Source: Candidatus Poribacteria bacterium
GTDB taxonomy: Bacteria > Poribacteria > WGA-4E > UBA9662
Length of the DNA: 64,000 nt
Reading direction: 5' to 3'
Assembly (NCBI GenBank): GCA_046582655.1
Contig: JAYGDX010000259.1
Span: 24,343-88,342, forward strand
Shown here: positions 20,236 to 30,026 of the stretch, one piece after another
Numbering within the stretch: position 1 is the stretch's first letter
How the letters are laid out: the number at the start of each line of letters is the position of its first letter
Made by a program: the position numbers and the translations under genes
Notes under the pieces: generated by a model
What the model saw: the letters and a program-made list of their open reading frames with translations, nothing else
Database searches by the model: none
Told to the model about the DNA's origin: nothing

Positions 20236-20725
20236 AGCACCACAAATTGATCAATCCGTGTATATTGCGGAAGGAGTCAAGATTATTGGCGACGTTACAA
20301 TCGGGGCTGAAGCCAGTGTCTGGTTTAATTGCGTGTTACGAGCTGATATTGATTACATCAGAATTGGTCAACGTACAAATATTCAAGATGGAACAATTAT
20401 CCACTTGGATCATGGATTTCCTTGTATCATTGGTGACGACGTAACGATTGGTCACCGAGCAATCATTCACGGTTGCACCATTGACAATGGTGCCATGATA
20501 TCAATGGGGGCAACCATTCTCACGGATGCGCGAATTGGGAAAAATGCGATTGTTGGTGCGGGTGCTGTTGTGTTGGAAGGTCAAGAGATACCTCAAGGTT
20601 GCGTCGCAGTTGGCATACCAGCTAAGATTAGACGTGAGATAATGGAAGTTGATATTGATCGGATTTCCAAAGGAAAAGATGAATACATAAGATTAGCGAA
20701 ACTGGCAAGGAAAAATCATGATTGA
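20213..20725 (+). CDS. Gamma carbonic anhydrase family (YrdA/PaaY-like)
   Basis: Hexapeptide repeats; TNIQDGTIIH and TIGHRAIIHGC. Confidence 0.92.
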   Translation: MLIKFQDKAPQIDQSVYIAEGVKIIGDVTIGAEASVWFNCVLRADIDYIRIGQRTNIQDGTIIHLDHGFPCIIGDDVTIGHRAIIHGCTIDNGAMISMGATILTDARIGKNAIVGAGAVVLEGQEIPQGCVAVGIPAKIRREIMEVDIDRISKGKDEYIRLAKLARKNHD

Positions 20726-21344
20726 GGACACAAGCATAGGACAACAAGATGTCAAACAAGTTGGTTTCTTTCTCTATGATGACATGAATCCGCTTGATTT
20801 TGCAGGAGCTTTTCAAGTATTTGCCTCAGTCAACCGAATTCGTCCGGGCGTCATGCAAACCTTTACCTTTGCGCTGCGGTTACAACCGATAAGGTGTGTG
20901 AATGGCCTCATTATTACTCCGGAGAGCACCTTTTTGGACATTATAAAAATTGATCTAATGATTGTACCAGGAGGAGAAGGTCGAAAGGTTCCAATGGCAA
21001 ATCCGATGATTCAGAGGCAACTTAGGAAACTGGCTAACCAGTGTGAATTTGTAGTTGGTGTTTCTACCGGCACACTAATTCTTGCTGCAGCAGGTATATT
21101 ACGCGAACGTCAGGCTACAACTCATTGGCTGGCCTTAAAAGAGCTGCAAGAACGAGACGATCTCATCCCATATAATTCATCGAAAATCGTACGTGCTGGG
21201 CGGATTCTTACTTGTGCTGGCAGCAGCTTAGCAATTGATACATCAATCTATATCATCCAAGAAACTTATGGGAAACATCTTGCAGACGAAGTTAGATCAT
21301 TAATCGAACACCAACATGCAGAAGTACCTATGATGGCTTTCTAA
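20718..21344 (+). CDS. DJ-1/PfpI family protein
   Basis: VPGG, VSTG (Ser at the usual Cys elbow position) and ATTHW. Confidence 0.85.
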   Translation: MIEDTSIGQQDVKQVGFFLYDDMNPLDFAGAFQVFASVNRIRPGVMQTFTFALRLQPIRCVNGLIITPESTFLDIIKIDLMIVPGGEGRKVPMANPMIQRQLRKLANQCEFVVGVSTGTLILAAAGILRERQATTHWLALKELQERDDLIPYNSSKIVRAGRILTCAGSSLAIDTSIYIIQETYGKHLADEVRSLIEHQHAEVPMMAF

Positions 21345-21347
21345 TTT

Positions 21348-22784
21348 TTAATCGTCTTTGTTAATGCGGAGCCATGTCGGAATTTCGATGTCTGTGCCAA
21401 CGTCGTTCGGCCTATTTTGGTTTGCTTGTTCGCCAGGTTGTCTGGCAGGTTCTTGGGTACGCATCATTTCCGGCAGATCGAGAGTTTCAGAAGCTGGTGC
21501 CGAAGCAAACTCTCTGTCATCATTGCTCTTTGGCTGATTAGCTTGATCTCTATCGAATGATCGGCGGTTGAACCTCGAATCCCTGCGAGAATTTGGTCTG
21601 GATCGGTGCGAATCACGCGAATCACGCGAATCACGCGAATCACGCGAATCACGGGAGGTATGGCGCGACCGATCTGAGAAACGGTTACTCTGACCAAAAC
21701 GGCCTAAAAACTCACTTGAATCTCTAACATCCGCAGATGTATCTTGGTTGTATGAGCTGCCATGCTCAAAACCGGTAGCAATAACGGTGATATTGATTTC
21801 GTCATCGCTAAGGTTATCGTCATAAGTTAAGCCAAAAATGATGTTATCCGTGTCCGATTCTGCAGTAATAACGTCCATGGCATCGTTTAATTCTTGCATG
21901 GCCATATGTGATGGTCCTGTCAGGTTAACTATAATGCCAGTTGCTCCAGAAATACTGCTTTCCTCAAGCAATGGAGAAGATATAGCATTTTGAGCCGCAA
22001 CTTGAGCACGGCTGTCACCAGCACCTCGGCCAATGCCCATCAACGCGCTTCCTGAATCTTCCATAACAGTTTGTACATCAGCAAAATCAAGGTTAATTTC
22101 ACCCGGAATAGTTATCAGGTCAGAAATGCTCTGCACAGCATTCAGTAATACCTCATCTACCATACTAAAGGCAGCACGCAAAGCGACATTCTGATCCACG
22201 TATTCAATTAAACGCTCATTAGGAATGACAATTACGGAATCGGTGTTCTCGCGAATTTCCTCCAGTCCCTCTATCGAGTTATCGCCCCGGCGACGACCTT
22301 CAAAGTGGAATGGTCGGGTTACAACACCAATTGTTAATGCCCCAGCTTCTCTTGCAAGTCCTGCAATAATCGGAGCCGCACCGGTCCCTGTCCCACCTCC
22401 CATGCCGGCGGTCACAAAAACCATGTCTGCTCCTTCAACAATGGCCTTTAATTTGTCACGGTCTTCATCGGCAGCTACGCGGCCCTTCTCAGGATTTGCG
22501 CCCGCGCCTAATCCTTGTGTGGTCGTAGCACCAATCTGGACTCGCATAGCGTTATGGCAGGTTGTTAATGCTTGAAGATCGGTGTTCACTGCATAAAACC
22601 CCACTCCAGTCAGGTTGGCTTCAATCATGCGCTTAACCGCATTATTCCCACCACCACCAACACCAATTACCTTGATCCTCGCAGAACCGATTTGCTCATC
22701 TTGTTCCATATCGAAGTCGATCATGCTTGCGTCTAATTTCGGGTCCATTGTATTTTGGTCACATCTGGTAACGCACGTAACCAA
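21348..22784 (-). CDS. ftsZ: Cell division protein FtsZ
   Basis: GVGGGGNN, GMGGGTGTG, NLDFADV and C-terminal EIPTWLR. Confidence 0.98.
   Translation of the reverse strand: MVTCVTRCDQNTMDPKLDASMIDFDMEQDEQIGSARIKVIGVGGGGNNAVKRMIEANLTGVGFYAVNTDLQALTTCHNAMRVQIGATTTQGLGAGANPEKGRVAADEDRDKLKAIVEGADMVFVTAGMGGGTGTGAAPIIAGLAREAGALTIGVVTRPFHFEGRRRGDNSIEGLEEIRENTDSVIVIPNERLIEYVDQNVALRAAFSMVDEVLLNAVQSISDLITIPGEINLDFADVQTVMEDSGSALMGIGRGAGDSRAQVAAQNAISSPLLEESSISGATGIIVNLTGPSHMAMQELNDAMDVITAESDTDNIIFGLTYDDNLSDDEINITVIATGFEHGSSYNQDTSADVRDSSEFLGRFGQSNRFSDRSRHTSRDSRDSRDSRDSRDSHRSRPNSRRDSRFNRRSFDRDQANQPKSNDDREFASAPASETLDLPEMMRTQEPARQPGEQANQNRPNDVGTDIEIPTWLRINKDD
21608..21652. repeat. 9-bp tandem repeat (GCGAATCAC)x5 in the FtsZ linker
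   Basis: Direct reading; encodes SRD repeats. Confidence 0.95.
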
Positions 22785-22833
22785 GCCTCCTATACCTTAA
22801 TCGTCAACTATCAAAAATTAAGTGAATTCTGTG

Positions 22834-22863
22834 ATTATAAAACAGCAATATTAGTAAAGTCAA
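22834..22863 (-). promoter_or_regulatory. Putative internal sigma70 promoter for ftsZ
   Basis: TTGACT-18 bp-TATAAT in the ftsA-ftsZ spacer. Confidence 0.55.
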
Positions 22864-22893
22864 CAGGTTTTTGAAATGAACTCAGTGGAAGAT

Positions 22894-24135
22894 TTAAAAG
22901 TAGTCACTGAACCAGTTTTTCATCTGTGATAGAATTTGATTAAATCGATCTTCTCCCTTGATGAAAGATTTTCCATCTGCCACATGATGATTTTGTGATC
23001 CCAACATTACCAGTCCAACGCCGGTAGCATAAACAGGACTGTTGACTTTATCGATTAATCCTTTTAATGGACGTGGATACCCTACCCTGACTGGACATGG
23101 AAACACTGGCTCTGCTAACTCAACCATACCATTTATTAGTGAAGTCCCTCCAGTCAGTACAAGACCTGCAGGGACTTCAACGCCACTTTTCTTTATCTCT
23201 TGGTGTATTAGATTTAGTGTTTCTTCCATACGACATTGGACGATTTCAGCTAGGAATTCTCTTGGCACAAATTGCGGTCTATGGAGCCCACCAACTGTGG
23301 GTATTTGGATCGTCTCATTTGGATCAACCATATCTACCAAGGCACATCCTTTGAGGTGTTTGAGTTGAATAGCATCATCAGGCGTCATCTTTAACAACTG
23401 GGCAATATCATGCGTTAGGTTATCACCACCTATTGATAGTACCTCGGTATGGCGTAACGAACCATCCTTATAAACTACAGTATCTGTTGTTCCTCCACCA
23501 ATGTCAGCTAAAGCTACACCAATCAACTTTTCTTCTGCGTTCAAGACCGATTCTGCAGAAGCTATGGGCTCCAACACAACAGATTCAACCGCCATGCCCG
23601 CGTCATTCACGCATGTTGTAAGGTTCTTAACAGCACCAACTGCTCCAGTAATGATGTGTACGTAAGCTTCAAGACGAACGCCGGACATACCAATAGGATC
23701 TTTAATTCCATCCTGATTATCCACTTTAAAGCGTTGACGTAAGGACATAATCTCTTCTCTGTCAGCGGGAATAGCAACTGCTTTAGCTGCGTTAATTGCA
23801 CGGTCAATATCAGATTGCGTGATCTCATGTCCCTCACCTGAAACTGCAACAATTCCGTGTGATGTTTGTCCCATGATGTGACCACCAGCAATCCCAACGT
23901 GGGCGGATCCGATTTGAACTCCAGACATTAACTCAGCGGCGGAAACTGCTTCGCGAATTGCTGCCGTCGTCAGTTCCATGTCAACCACGATACCACGTCG
24001 TAGCCCTCGAGAGGGAGCAGTACCGACACCGCGAATCTCAATCTTCTCAGGATCTCCTTGCCAAGTGTTTCCGATGATCACGGCAATTTTGCTTGTTCCA
24101 ATATCTAGGCCAACAACAATATAATCAGTTGCCAT
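22894..24135 (-). CDS. ftsA: Cell division protein FtsA
   Basis: GLDIGTSK, DIGGGTTD and LTGGT. Confidence 0.97.
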   Translation of the reverse strand: MATDYIVVGLDIGTSKIAVIIGNTWQGDPEKIEIRGVGTAPSRGLRRGIVVDMELTTAAIREAVSAAELMSGVQIGSAHVGIAGGHIMGQTSHGIVAVSGEGHEITQSDIDRAINAAKAVAIPADREEIMSLRQRFKVDNQDGIKDPIGMSGVRLEAYVHIITGAVGAVKNLTTCVNDAGMAVESVVLEPIASAESVLNAEEKLIGVALADIGGGTTDTVVYKDGSLRHTEVLSIGGDNLTHDIAQLLKMTPDDAIQLKHLKGCALVDMVDPNETIQIPTVGGLHRPQFVPREFLAEIVQCRMEETLNLIHQEIKKSGVEVPAGLVLTGGTSLINGMVELAEPVFPCPVRVGYPRPLKGLIDKVNSPVYATGVGLVMLGSQNHHVADGKSFIKGEDRFNQILSQMKNWFSDYF

Positions 24136-24961
24136 CTTGCTTCTTCTCCATTAAGTACACAGCATCTTCAAATCTAAAATCTAAATACACTCCCATCCGC
24201 TTTTTAGCTTGCTTTGCTTGTTTTAGATGTTGGAAAAACAGTTTAAGTCGGTTAACACCAATCACAAGCTGATCCGAAGATAATAGAATCAAGGGCATAT
24301 TTCTCAGCCGAACGCGAATTCGATCCGTTTCACTTGCATCAATAGAATCCAGTTCGGAAAAGATTTCTTCTGCTCTTTTCTGGATTAGGTCTAAAACTTT
24401 TAAGCCAGTTTGAACCTGCTCGGACACTAATTGACTACCCAATTCAGCACTCTTACCGATAATTTTTACCAGTGAACTGTGCGAAAGATCGGGCAAATTT
24501 AGGTATTCTAGCACATAACCAGACCGGTCGACAATCATAAAAAGCGGTTTTTTTTCAATTATACATGGGATTTTGGCAGTTTTTTTCCGTTCTGTAATGT
24601 TTATTGATACAGTTTTCAAGAGATAATGTTTTGAAACAACTGCTTCCTTGATATAATTTAGTTTCTCAATACGTGCTGCAATCTCTTCCTCTGAAACCTG
24701 ATGAATGAGGTCACGATTTATTTGTAACCCTGAAGAATTAACAATTTTATCTTGCGTATAAAGTTCGTTTCCCTGAACAGAGATTTCCTCTAGCTGCAAA
24801 ATGCTGCTGTTTAGGATTATGCTGTTTACATGTGAAAAAGCAATAATAATTACCAATGCTAGCCAAATAAGCTGACTGATGTTAGTTTTTTCATAAGTTC
24901 GTGTGTCTAAGGACTCGGTAGCCAGCGGTGGAACATATAGTTGTGGAGCATAGATTCTCAT
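24125..24961 (-). CDS. ftsQ: Cell division protein FtsQ/DivIB
   Basis: TM segment plus POTRA (ISVQGN), C-terminal YLDFRF, and position upstream of ftsA. Confidence 0.85.
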   Translation of the reverse strand: MRIYAPQLYVPPLATESLDTRTYEKTNISQLIWLALVIIIAFSHVNSIILNSSILQLEEISVQGNELYTQDKIVNSSGLQINRDLIHQVSEEEIAARIEKLNYIKEAVVSKHYLLKTVSINITERKKTAKIPCIIEKKPLFMIVDRSGYVLEYLNLPDLSHSSLVKIIGKSAELGSQLVSEQVQTGLKVLDLIQKRAEEIFSELDSIDASETDRIRVRLRNMPLILLSSDQLVIGVNRLKLFFQHLKQAKQAKKRMGVYLDFRFEDAVYLMEKKQDGN

Positions 24962-26322
24962 TTTTTTAACTGATCCAATAGCTTGTAACCAACTCGCCAG
25001 ATATCGCCAGCACCCATAGTGATGACGATGTCATTGGGCTGGACAATATCAATTAAATGATTAACAATCTGATCTTTCGATGGCATGTACGTTACGTTTT
25101 TGTGTCCGTTGGCTTCAATTGCTATAGCCAGTTTCTCCCCAGTCACACCCTCAATCGGTGCTTCATCTGCAGCGTAAATCGGTGCAACAATGAGAACATC
25201 ACTCTGACTAAATGACTTTGAAATCTCATCAGTGAGACGACTGACCCGACCGTATCTATGTGGTTGGAAGATAGCAATTATGCGTCGATCGTAACTGTCG
25301 CGTATACCATTTAAAGCAGCTTTTAGCTTGGTTGGATTGTGGGCATAATCATCAACAATGATAATATCTTGAACTTCCCCTAAAATTTCGAAACGCCGAT
25401 GCACTCCACGAAACTCTTCAAGTGCATCTGTAACTTGGCTGAATGGTAAGTCCATCTGGAGCCCAGCCGCAATTGCAGCTAATGCATTGGATACATTGTG
25501 TTTTCCTGGCATCTTCAAATGAATTTGGCCAAGTAGATCCCCATACGCTAAAACAGAAAAATGTGACGCTGGTCCATCATGTTTGATGTCTGTTGCCATG
25601 ACATCAGCCTTTGTCTCGATGCCATAAGTACAGTAACGTCTTTCAATCTGCGGTATTATCTGGCGGATATTTACTTGATCTAAACAGACGATCGCCGAAC
25701 CATAAAATGGAACTTTGTTGATAAAGTTCAGAAACGCCTGGCCTATTTCCTCAACATTGTTGTAGTAATCCAAATGGTCCGCGTCAATAGATGTGACAAC
25801 AGCGATAGTCGGGAAGAATTCCTTAATTGACCCATATGCTTCATCTGCTTCAACTACCATCAGCTCACTATTTCCAATGCGTGCATGACTTCCCAAACTT
25901 ACCAGTTTCCCTCCCACAACTACGGTTGGATCTAATTCTTCCAAAACGGCGGCCGTCATAGCAGTTGTTGTCGTCTTTCCATGAGTGCCACTAATAGCAA
26001 TACTAAATTTCATCCGCATAATTTCCGCTAGCATCTCTGCTCCACGAATGATGGGGGTTTTTTGCTCATGTGCGGCAACAATCTCTGGATTCTCTGGCGG
26101 AATAGCGGGAGAGACAACCACAACATCTGCGTTTTGTATCTGTTTGGCAGAATGCTTCTCATAAATATCCGCTCCAATTTTCATCAAATGGTCTGTTACT
26201 TCTGTTGAACGCAGGTCAGATCCAGAGACTTTGAATTCAAGGTTCACTAGTATTTCAGCAATACCGCTTAAACCTGCGCCACCAATTCCAACTATATGGA
26301 TGTGTCTTGTTTTTCCAAACAT
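24958..26322 (-). CDS. murC: UDP-N-acetylmuramate--L-alanine ligase (probable start ATG 26322)
   Basis: GIGGAGLSG, GTHGKTTTT, DDYAHNP and FQPHRY. Confidence 0.97.
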   Translation of the reverse strand: MFGKTRHIHIVGIGGAGLSGIAEILVNLEFKVSGSDLRSTEVTDHLMKIGADIYEKHSAKQIQNADVVVVSPAIPPENPEIVAAHEQKTPIIRGAEMLAEIMRMKFSIAISGTHGKTTTTAMTAAVLEELDPTVVVGGKLVSLGSHARIGNSELMVVEADEAYGSIKEFFPTIAVVTSIDADHLDYYNNVEEIGQAFLNFINKVPFYGSAIVCLDQVNIRQIIPQIERRYCTYGIETKADVMATDIKHDGPASHFSVLAYGDLLGQIHLKMPGKHNVSNALAAIAAGLQMDLPFSQVTDALEEFRGVHRRFEILGEVQDIIIVDDYAHNPTKLKAALNGIRDSYDRRIIAIFQPHRYGRVSRLTDEISKSFSQSDVLIVAPIYAADEAPIEGVTGEKLAIAIEANGHKNVTYMPSKDQIVNHLIDIVQPNDIVITMGAGDIWRVGYKLLDQLKK

Positions 26323-26335
26323 AATAATATTACAC

Positions 26336-27433
26336 TTACATAAAATTATAAATTGACTCAGCAATAATTCGCCCTGCGTCAGAATTACCAAGTTTATGGC
26401 TTGCTTGGGACATGCTATCCAGCCTTGCCGAATCAGTAATAATATTGATTATACAGTCTGCTAGTATCTTACCATCTATTTTAAATTGATCTAAAACAAT
26501 TCCTGCACCTTTATTAGCTATTGTTTTAGCATTAGCTAGTTGATCATTTCCCGCGGCATAGGGAAGTGGAATAAATATAGCAGGAATTCCACAAGCGGTA
26601 ATCTCCGAGACTGTCATCCCCCCAGCACGACATACCATTAGATCTACGATGCTATAAATTTCTTCTATTCGATCAAAGTAGGATTGTACCACGCTCTTTA
26701 CCGATGACTTATCGTATTTACCGACGACAATCTGCAGATCTTGTCTCCCAGTTTGATGTATCAACTGAAAATGTTGGTTGTGACATTCAAGATATTTCAG
26801 TGCCTCGATTATCAGTGAGTTAATTGCCTTAGCACCTTGACTGCCACCCATAACAAAAATTGTTTTGAGGCTGGAATCAAGCCCCAACTTCTCGTAAGTA
26901 TTCAGACTGCGTTTAACAGCTGAGATCGATCGACGTATTGGGTTTCCAGTTAACATGACAACATTAGAAGGAAAATACGATGCAGCTGCTTCCAGCGCTA
27001 AGTAAGCCATACGAGCCCAGGTTCCCGCTATTCGATTCGTGAGTCCAGGTGAAGCGTTTTGTTCTTGTAGAAAAGTGGGGATTCGATGGATCCAAGCAGC
27101 TAAGAGTACTGGCCCAGAGACATATCCTCCTGTTCCAACAACAGCATCCGGTTGAAGCTTAGCCAGAAGTTGGAAGGATTTTATAATTCCCAACAACAAC
27201 TTTGTAATTACTGGGAACCATTTCAATGTCAGCTTTCGTGGAAAACCCGCAATTGAAATTGGTAGAAATTGGAACCCATTTTGCGGTACCACTTTCGATT
27301 CAAGTTGAGTTGCTCCGCCGATAAAAATAATGTCGATATTTGAATCGATTAGCTGCAATTCTTTTGCGATACCTATTGCGGGGTAAACATGTCCACCTGT
27401 TCCACCACCAGCAATAACAATTCTTGGGTTCAT
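26336..27433 (-). CDS. murG: Lipid II GlcNAc transferase
   Basis: GGGTGGH, GGYVS, GGSQGA and RAGG. Confidence 0.97.
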   Translation of the reverse strand: MNPRIVIAGGGTGGHVYPAIGIAKELQLIDSNIDIIFIGGATQLESKVVPQNGFQFLPISIAGFPRKLTLKWFPVITKLLLGIIKSFQLLAKLQPDAVVGTGGYVSGPVLLAAWIHRIPTFLQEQNASPGLTNRIAGTWARMAYLALEAAASYFPSNVVMLTGNPIRRSISAVKRSLNTYEKLGLDSSLKTIFVMGGSQGAKAINSLIIEALKYLECHNQHFQLIHQTGRQDLQIVVGKYDKSSVKSVVQSYFDRIEEIYSIVDLMVCRAGGMTVSEITACGIPAIFIPLPYAAGNDQLANAKTIANKGAGIVLDQFKIDGKILADCIINIITDSARLDSMSQASHKLGNSDAGRIIAESIYNFM

Positions 27434-27441
27434 CAGTTCGT

Positions 27442-28623
27442 TCAGACATCTTCATGCAGATGTCGTGATATGTTCAGTAAGATTCCAACGGAAATTAGGG
27501 TCATTACCAAAGAACTACCTCCATAACTGATAAAAGGTAAGTTGATTCCTTTAGTTGGTAAAAGCCCCGTAGTAACTCCAATGTTTATTACCGATTGGAG
27601 GCCAATCTGAGTGATTATACCAAGCGAAATTAAACTTGCAAATTGATCCGTTGCATAGGTTGCGATGTAGATACCACGCCATACGAACAGCATAAAGAGC
27701 AAAATAAGGGTTATTGTTCCTAGAAGACCAAGTTCCTCTCCCACGATGGCAAAAATAAAGTCATTATGTGGATGCGGTAGGAACATCAGTTTATAAATAC
27801 TATTCCCTATACCAGCACCGGTTATACTACCAACGGCTAATGCGTTTAGAGACTGTGTCACCTGATAGTTTGTATCATAAGGATTGGAAAACGCACGTAC
27901 ATAGTCTTGTATTCGCTGCATTTTGTAATTATCACCCTGCATCCATATAAAAACAAAGAACCCTGCAATCACGCCAACCAGAAAAATTTGTGATATTCGC
28001 GCTCCACCAGTTATCAAAAGTAGTATTATAACCAAGCTTAATAGTACGGCAGATCCAAAATCAGGCTGAACATATAGAAGAAAAAAGACCAAAGCGAGGA
28101 TAATTAGATTAGGCAGTATTCCCTGCGTAAAGCTTTTAATCCGTTCATGTTTGCTAATGAGGAAATTTGAAGTGTAAATAATCATCCCTAACTTTACTAA
28201 TTCAACTGGTTGAAAACCGAAACCTCCCAGTCGAATCCACCGATGAAACTTCATCCCCGACCTCGACTGAACATAATAGCCCAACGGTGTAAAAACCAGT
28301 AGCAAAATAAGGATGGAAAGTCCAAGTATCCCCTTTGCGTGTTTAGCGTAAAATTGGTAGGGTATCAATGACACAGCCATCATCAGACCTAAACCGCTAA
28401 CGACTGCAACCAGTTGGACTTTGAAATAACGGAGACCATTACCATTATAAGTTTGATCTATGAAAGCATTTCCGGTACTGTAAACCATTACAAGCCCAAA
28501 ACTGACAAGACACAAAATTAAAAACAGAAACAGTTGATCGATCTGCTTTACAAAGCCAAAAGATGGATTAACCGGTAAAGGGGGATTATAAGATTGGTTG
28601 TTTACTGTGGACCTTAGATTCAA
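27442..28623 (-). CDS. ftsW: Peptidoglycan polymerase FtsW
   Basis: RWI, QPVELVK, QPDFG and PTKGINLPFISYGGSS. Confidence 0.95.
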   Translation of the reverse strand: MNLRSTVNNQSYNPPLPVNPSFGFVKQIDQLFLFLILCLVSFGLVMVYSTGNAFIDQTYNGNGLRYFKVQLVAVVSGLGLMMAVSLIPYQFYAKHAKGILGLSILILLLVFTPLGYYVQSRSGMKFHRWIRLGGFGFQPVELVKLGMIIYTSNFLISKHERIKSFTQGILPNLIILALVFFLLYVQPDFGSAVLLSLVIILLLITGGARISQIFLVGVIAGFFVFIWMQGDNYKMQRIQDYVRAFSNPYDTNYQVTQSLNALAVGSITGAGIGNSIYKLMFLPHPHNDFIFAIVGEELGLLGTITLILLFMLFVWRGIYIATYATDQFASLISLGIITQIGLQSVINIGVTTGLLPTKGINLPFISYGGSSLVMTLISVGILLNISRHLHEDV

Positions 28624-29983
28624 GTTGGGTTACTACTTTCCGAAAAGTCTGCCCACGTTCTTGGTAATCTTCAAACATGTCAAAACTGGCGTTGGCTGGT
28701 GAGAGGAGAACTACGTCTCCAAGTTCTGAATGTTCATAGGCAAGGTGAACAGCAGCGCTCATATCTGTAGTGTTTAAAGTAACGATATCTTCTGAAAGCG
28801 CGTTTCGGATTATTTGGGTGCGTCCACCCAGCAGAATAACTTTCTTGACTTTAGATTGAATCAGTCCGATAAGTGGCTCATAATTATTACCTTTATCGTA
28901 GCCTCCCATAATCAATATAATTGGAGCCTCAATTGATTCAAGCGCAGCACGAACGGCGATGACATTGGTTGCCTTCGAATCATTAATAAATCGAATGCCG
29001 TTCACTTCTCCCACGAATTCAAACGCATGTGCCAGAACAGGATAATTTTGGGGCACGAAATTAATCACTGTTGATCTAATATCGCTAGGCGAGATTTCAA
29101 AGATTTGGGCAACTGCAATCGCGGCCAACATGTTTCGGATGTTGTGTCTTCCTTTCAGACGGATTTCGCTGATGTGACACACGCGAGTCAATTGGTCTTG
29201 CCAGTTTATCCAGATTTCATCGTTTCGCAAAAAGGAGCCTATCTTAGGCTCAGTGGAATCAGAAAAGTAGACTGGCTTTGCCCTAGTGTTATTGGCAAAA
29301 CTTAGCACTTTCGAATCTCCAGCATTTAAGATGATCCAATGATCGTCTGTTTGGTTTTGACAGATATTTTGCTTTATCTCCTGATAGCTCTGCATTGTTT
29401 GATGACGATCTAAGTGGTCACGGGCTATATTCAGTACCACACTAACTAATGGACAGAAATTAATTGTTGTCTCTAACTGAAAACTACTTACTTCTGCAAC
29501 TACGATATCATTTGTCACTAAACGTTGCACATCATTTGAAAGGGGATTACCAATATTACCAGCCACGCAAACTGTTCCGAAGGCTCCCCTCTTAAGTAAT
29601 TCTCCTGTAAGTATGGTAGTCGTTGATTTTCCTTTGGTTCCGGTAATAGCAACGATTGGTGTGCGACATACGCTAGCAGCTACCTCCAATTCTCCTCGGA
29701 TAGGTATTCCTTCATGTTTAGCTTGAACCAGAATCGGAATGTCTAGCGGCACACCAGGTGATACAACGAGCATATCTTTGTTCTTTATGCATTGTGGCTT
29801 GTGTCCACCCAGCAGAAAATCGATATCTAAGTCACTGAGGGCATCAATTTCGGTCTTAAGTTGATCGGCAGATTTTGGATCAGTAACGCACAGGTTAGCA
29901 CCCAGATCATGTAGTAGTCTGCTTACAGCAATACCACTCCGACTCAACCCAAAAACTGTAATTTGCTTACCTTCGAATTTCAT
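28586..29983 (-). CDS. murD: UDP-N-acetylmuramoyl-L-alanine--D-glutamate ligase
   Basis: GTKGKSTT, EVSSFQL, NDSKATN and LSPANASFD. Confidence 0.97.
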   Translation of the reverse strand: MKFEGKQITVFGLSRSGIAVSRLLHDLGANLCVTDPKSADQLKTEIDALSDLDIDFLLGGHKPQCIKNKDMLVVSPGVPLDIPILVQAKHEGIPIRGELEVAASVCRTPIVAITGTKGKSTTTILTGELLKRGAFGTVCVAGNIGNPLSNDVQRLVTNDIVVAEVSSFQLETTINFCPLVSVVLNIARDHLDRHQTMQSYQEIKQNICQNQTDDHWIILNAGDSKVLSFANNTRAKPVYFSDSTEPKIGSFLRNDEIWINWQDQLTRVCHISEIRLKGRHNIRNMLAAIAVAQIFEISPSDIRSTVINFVPQNYPVLAHAFEFVGEVNGIRFINDSKATNVIAVRAALESIEAPIILIMGGYDKGNNYEPLIGLIQSKVKKVILLGGRTQIIRNALSEDIVTLNTTDMSAAVHLAYEHSELGDVVLLSPANASFDMFEDYQERGQTFRKVVTQLESKVHSKQPIL

Positions 29984-30026
29984 CAGCAACCTACTTTACT
30001 GGTAGTTCACAGTATTCAGAATGGAT

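Noticed and set aside
21608..21652. Short repeats as a CRISPR array
   Set aside because: These are 9-bp units without spacers, in frame within ftsZ, and there are no cas genes.
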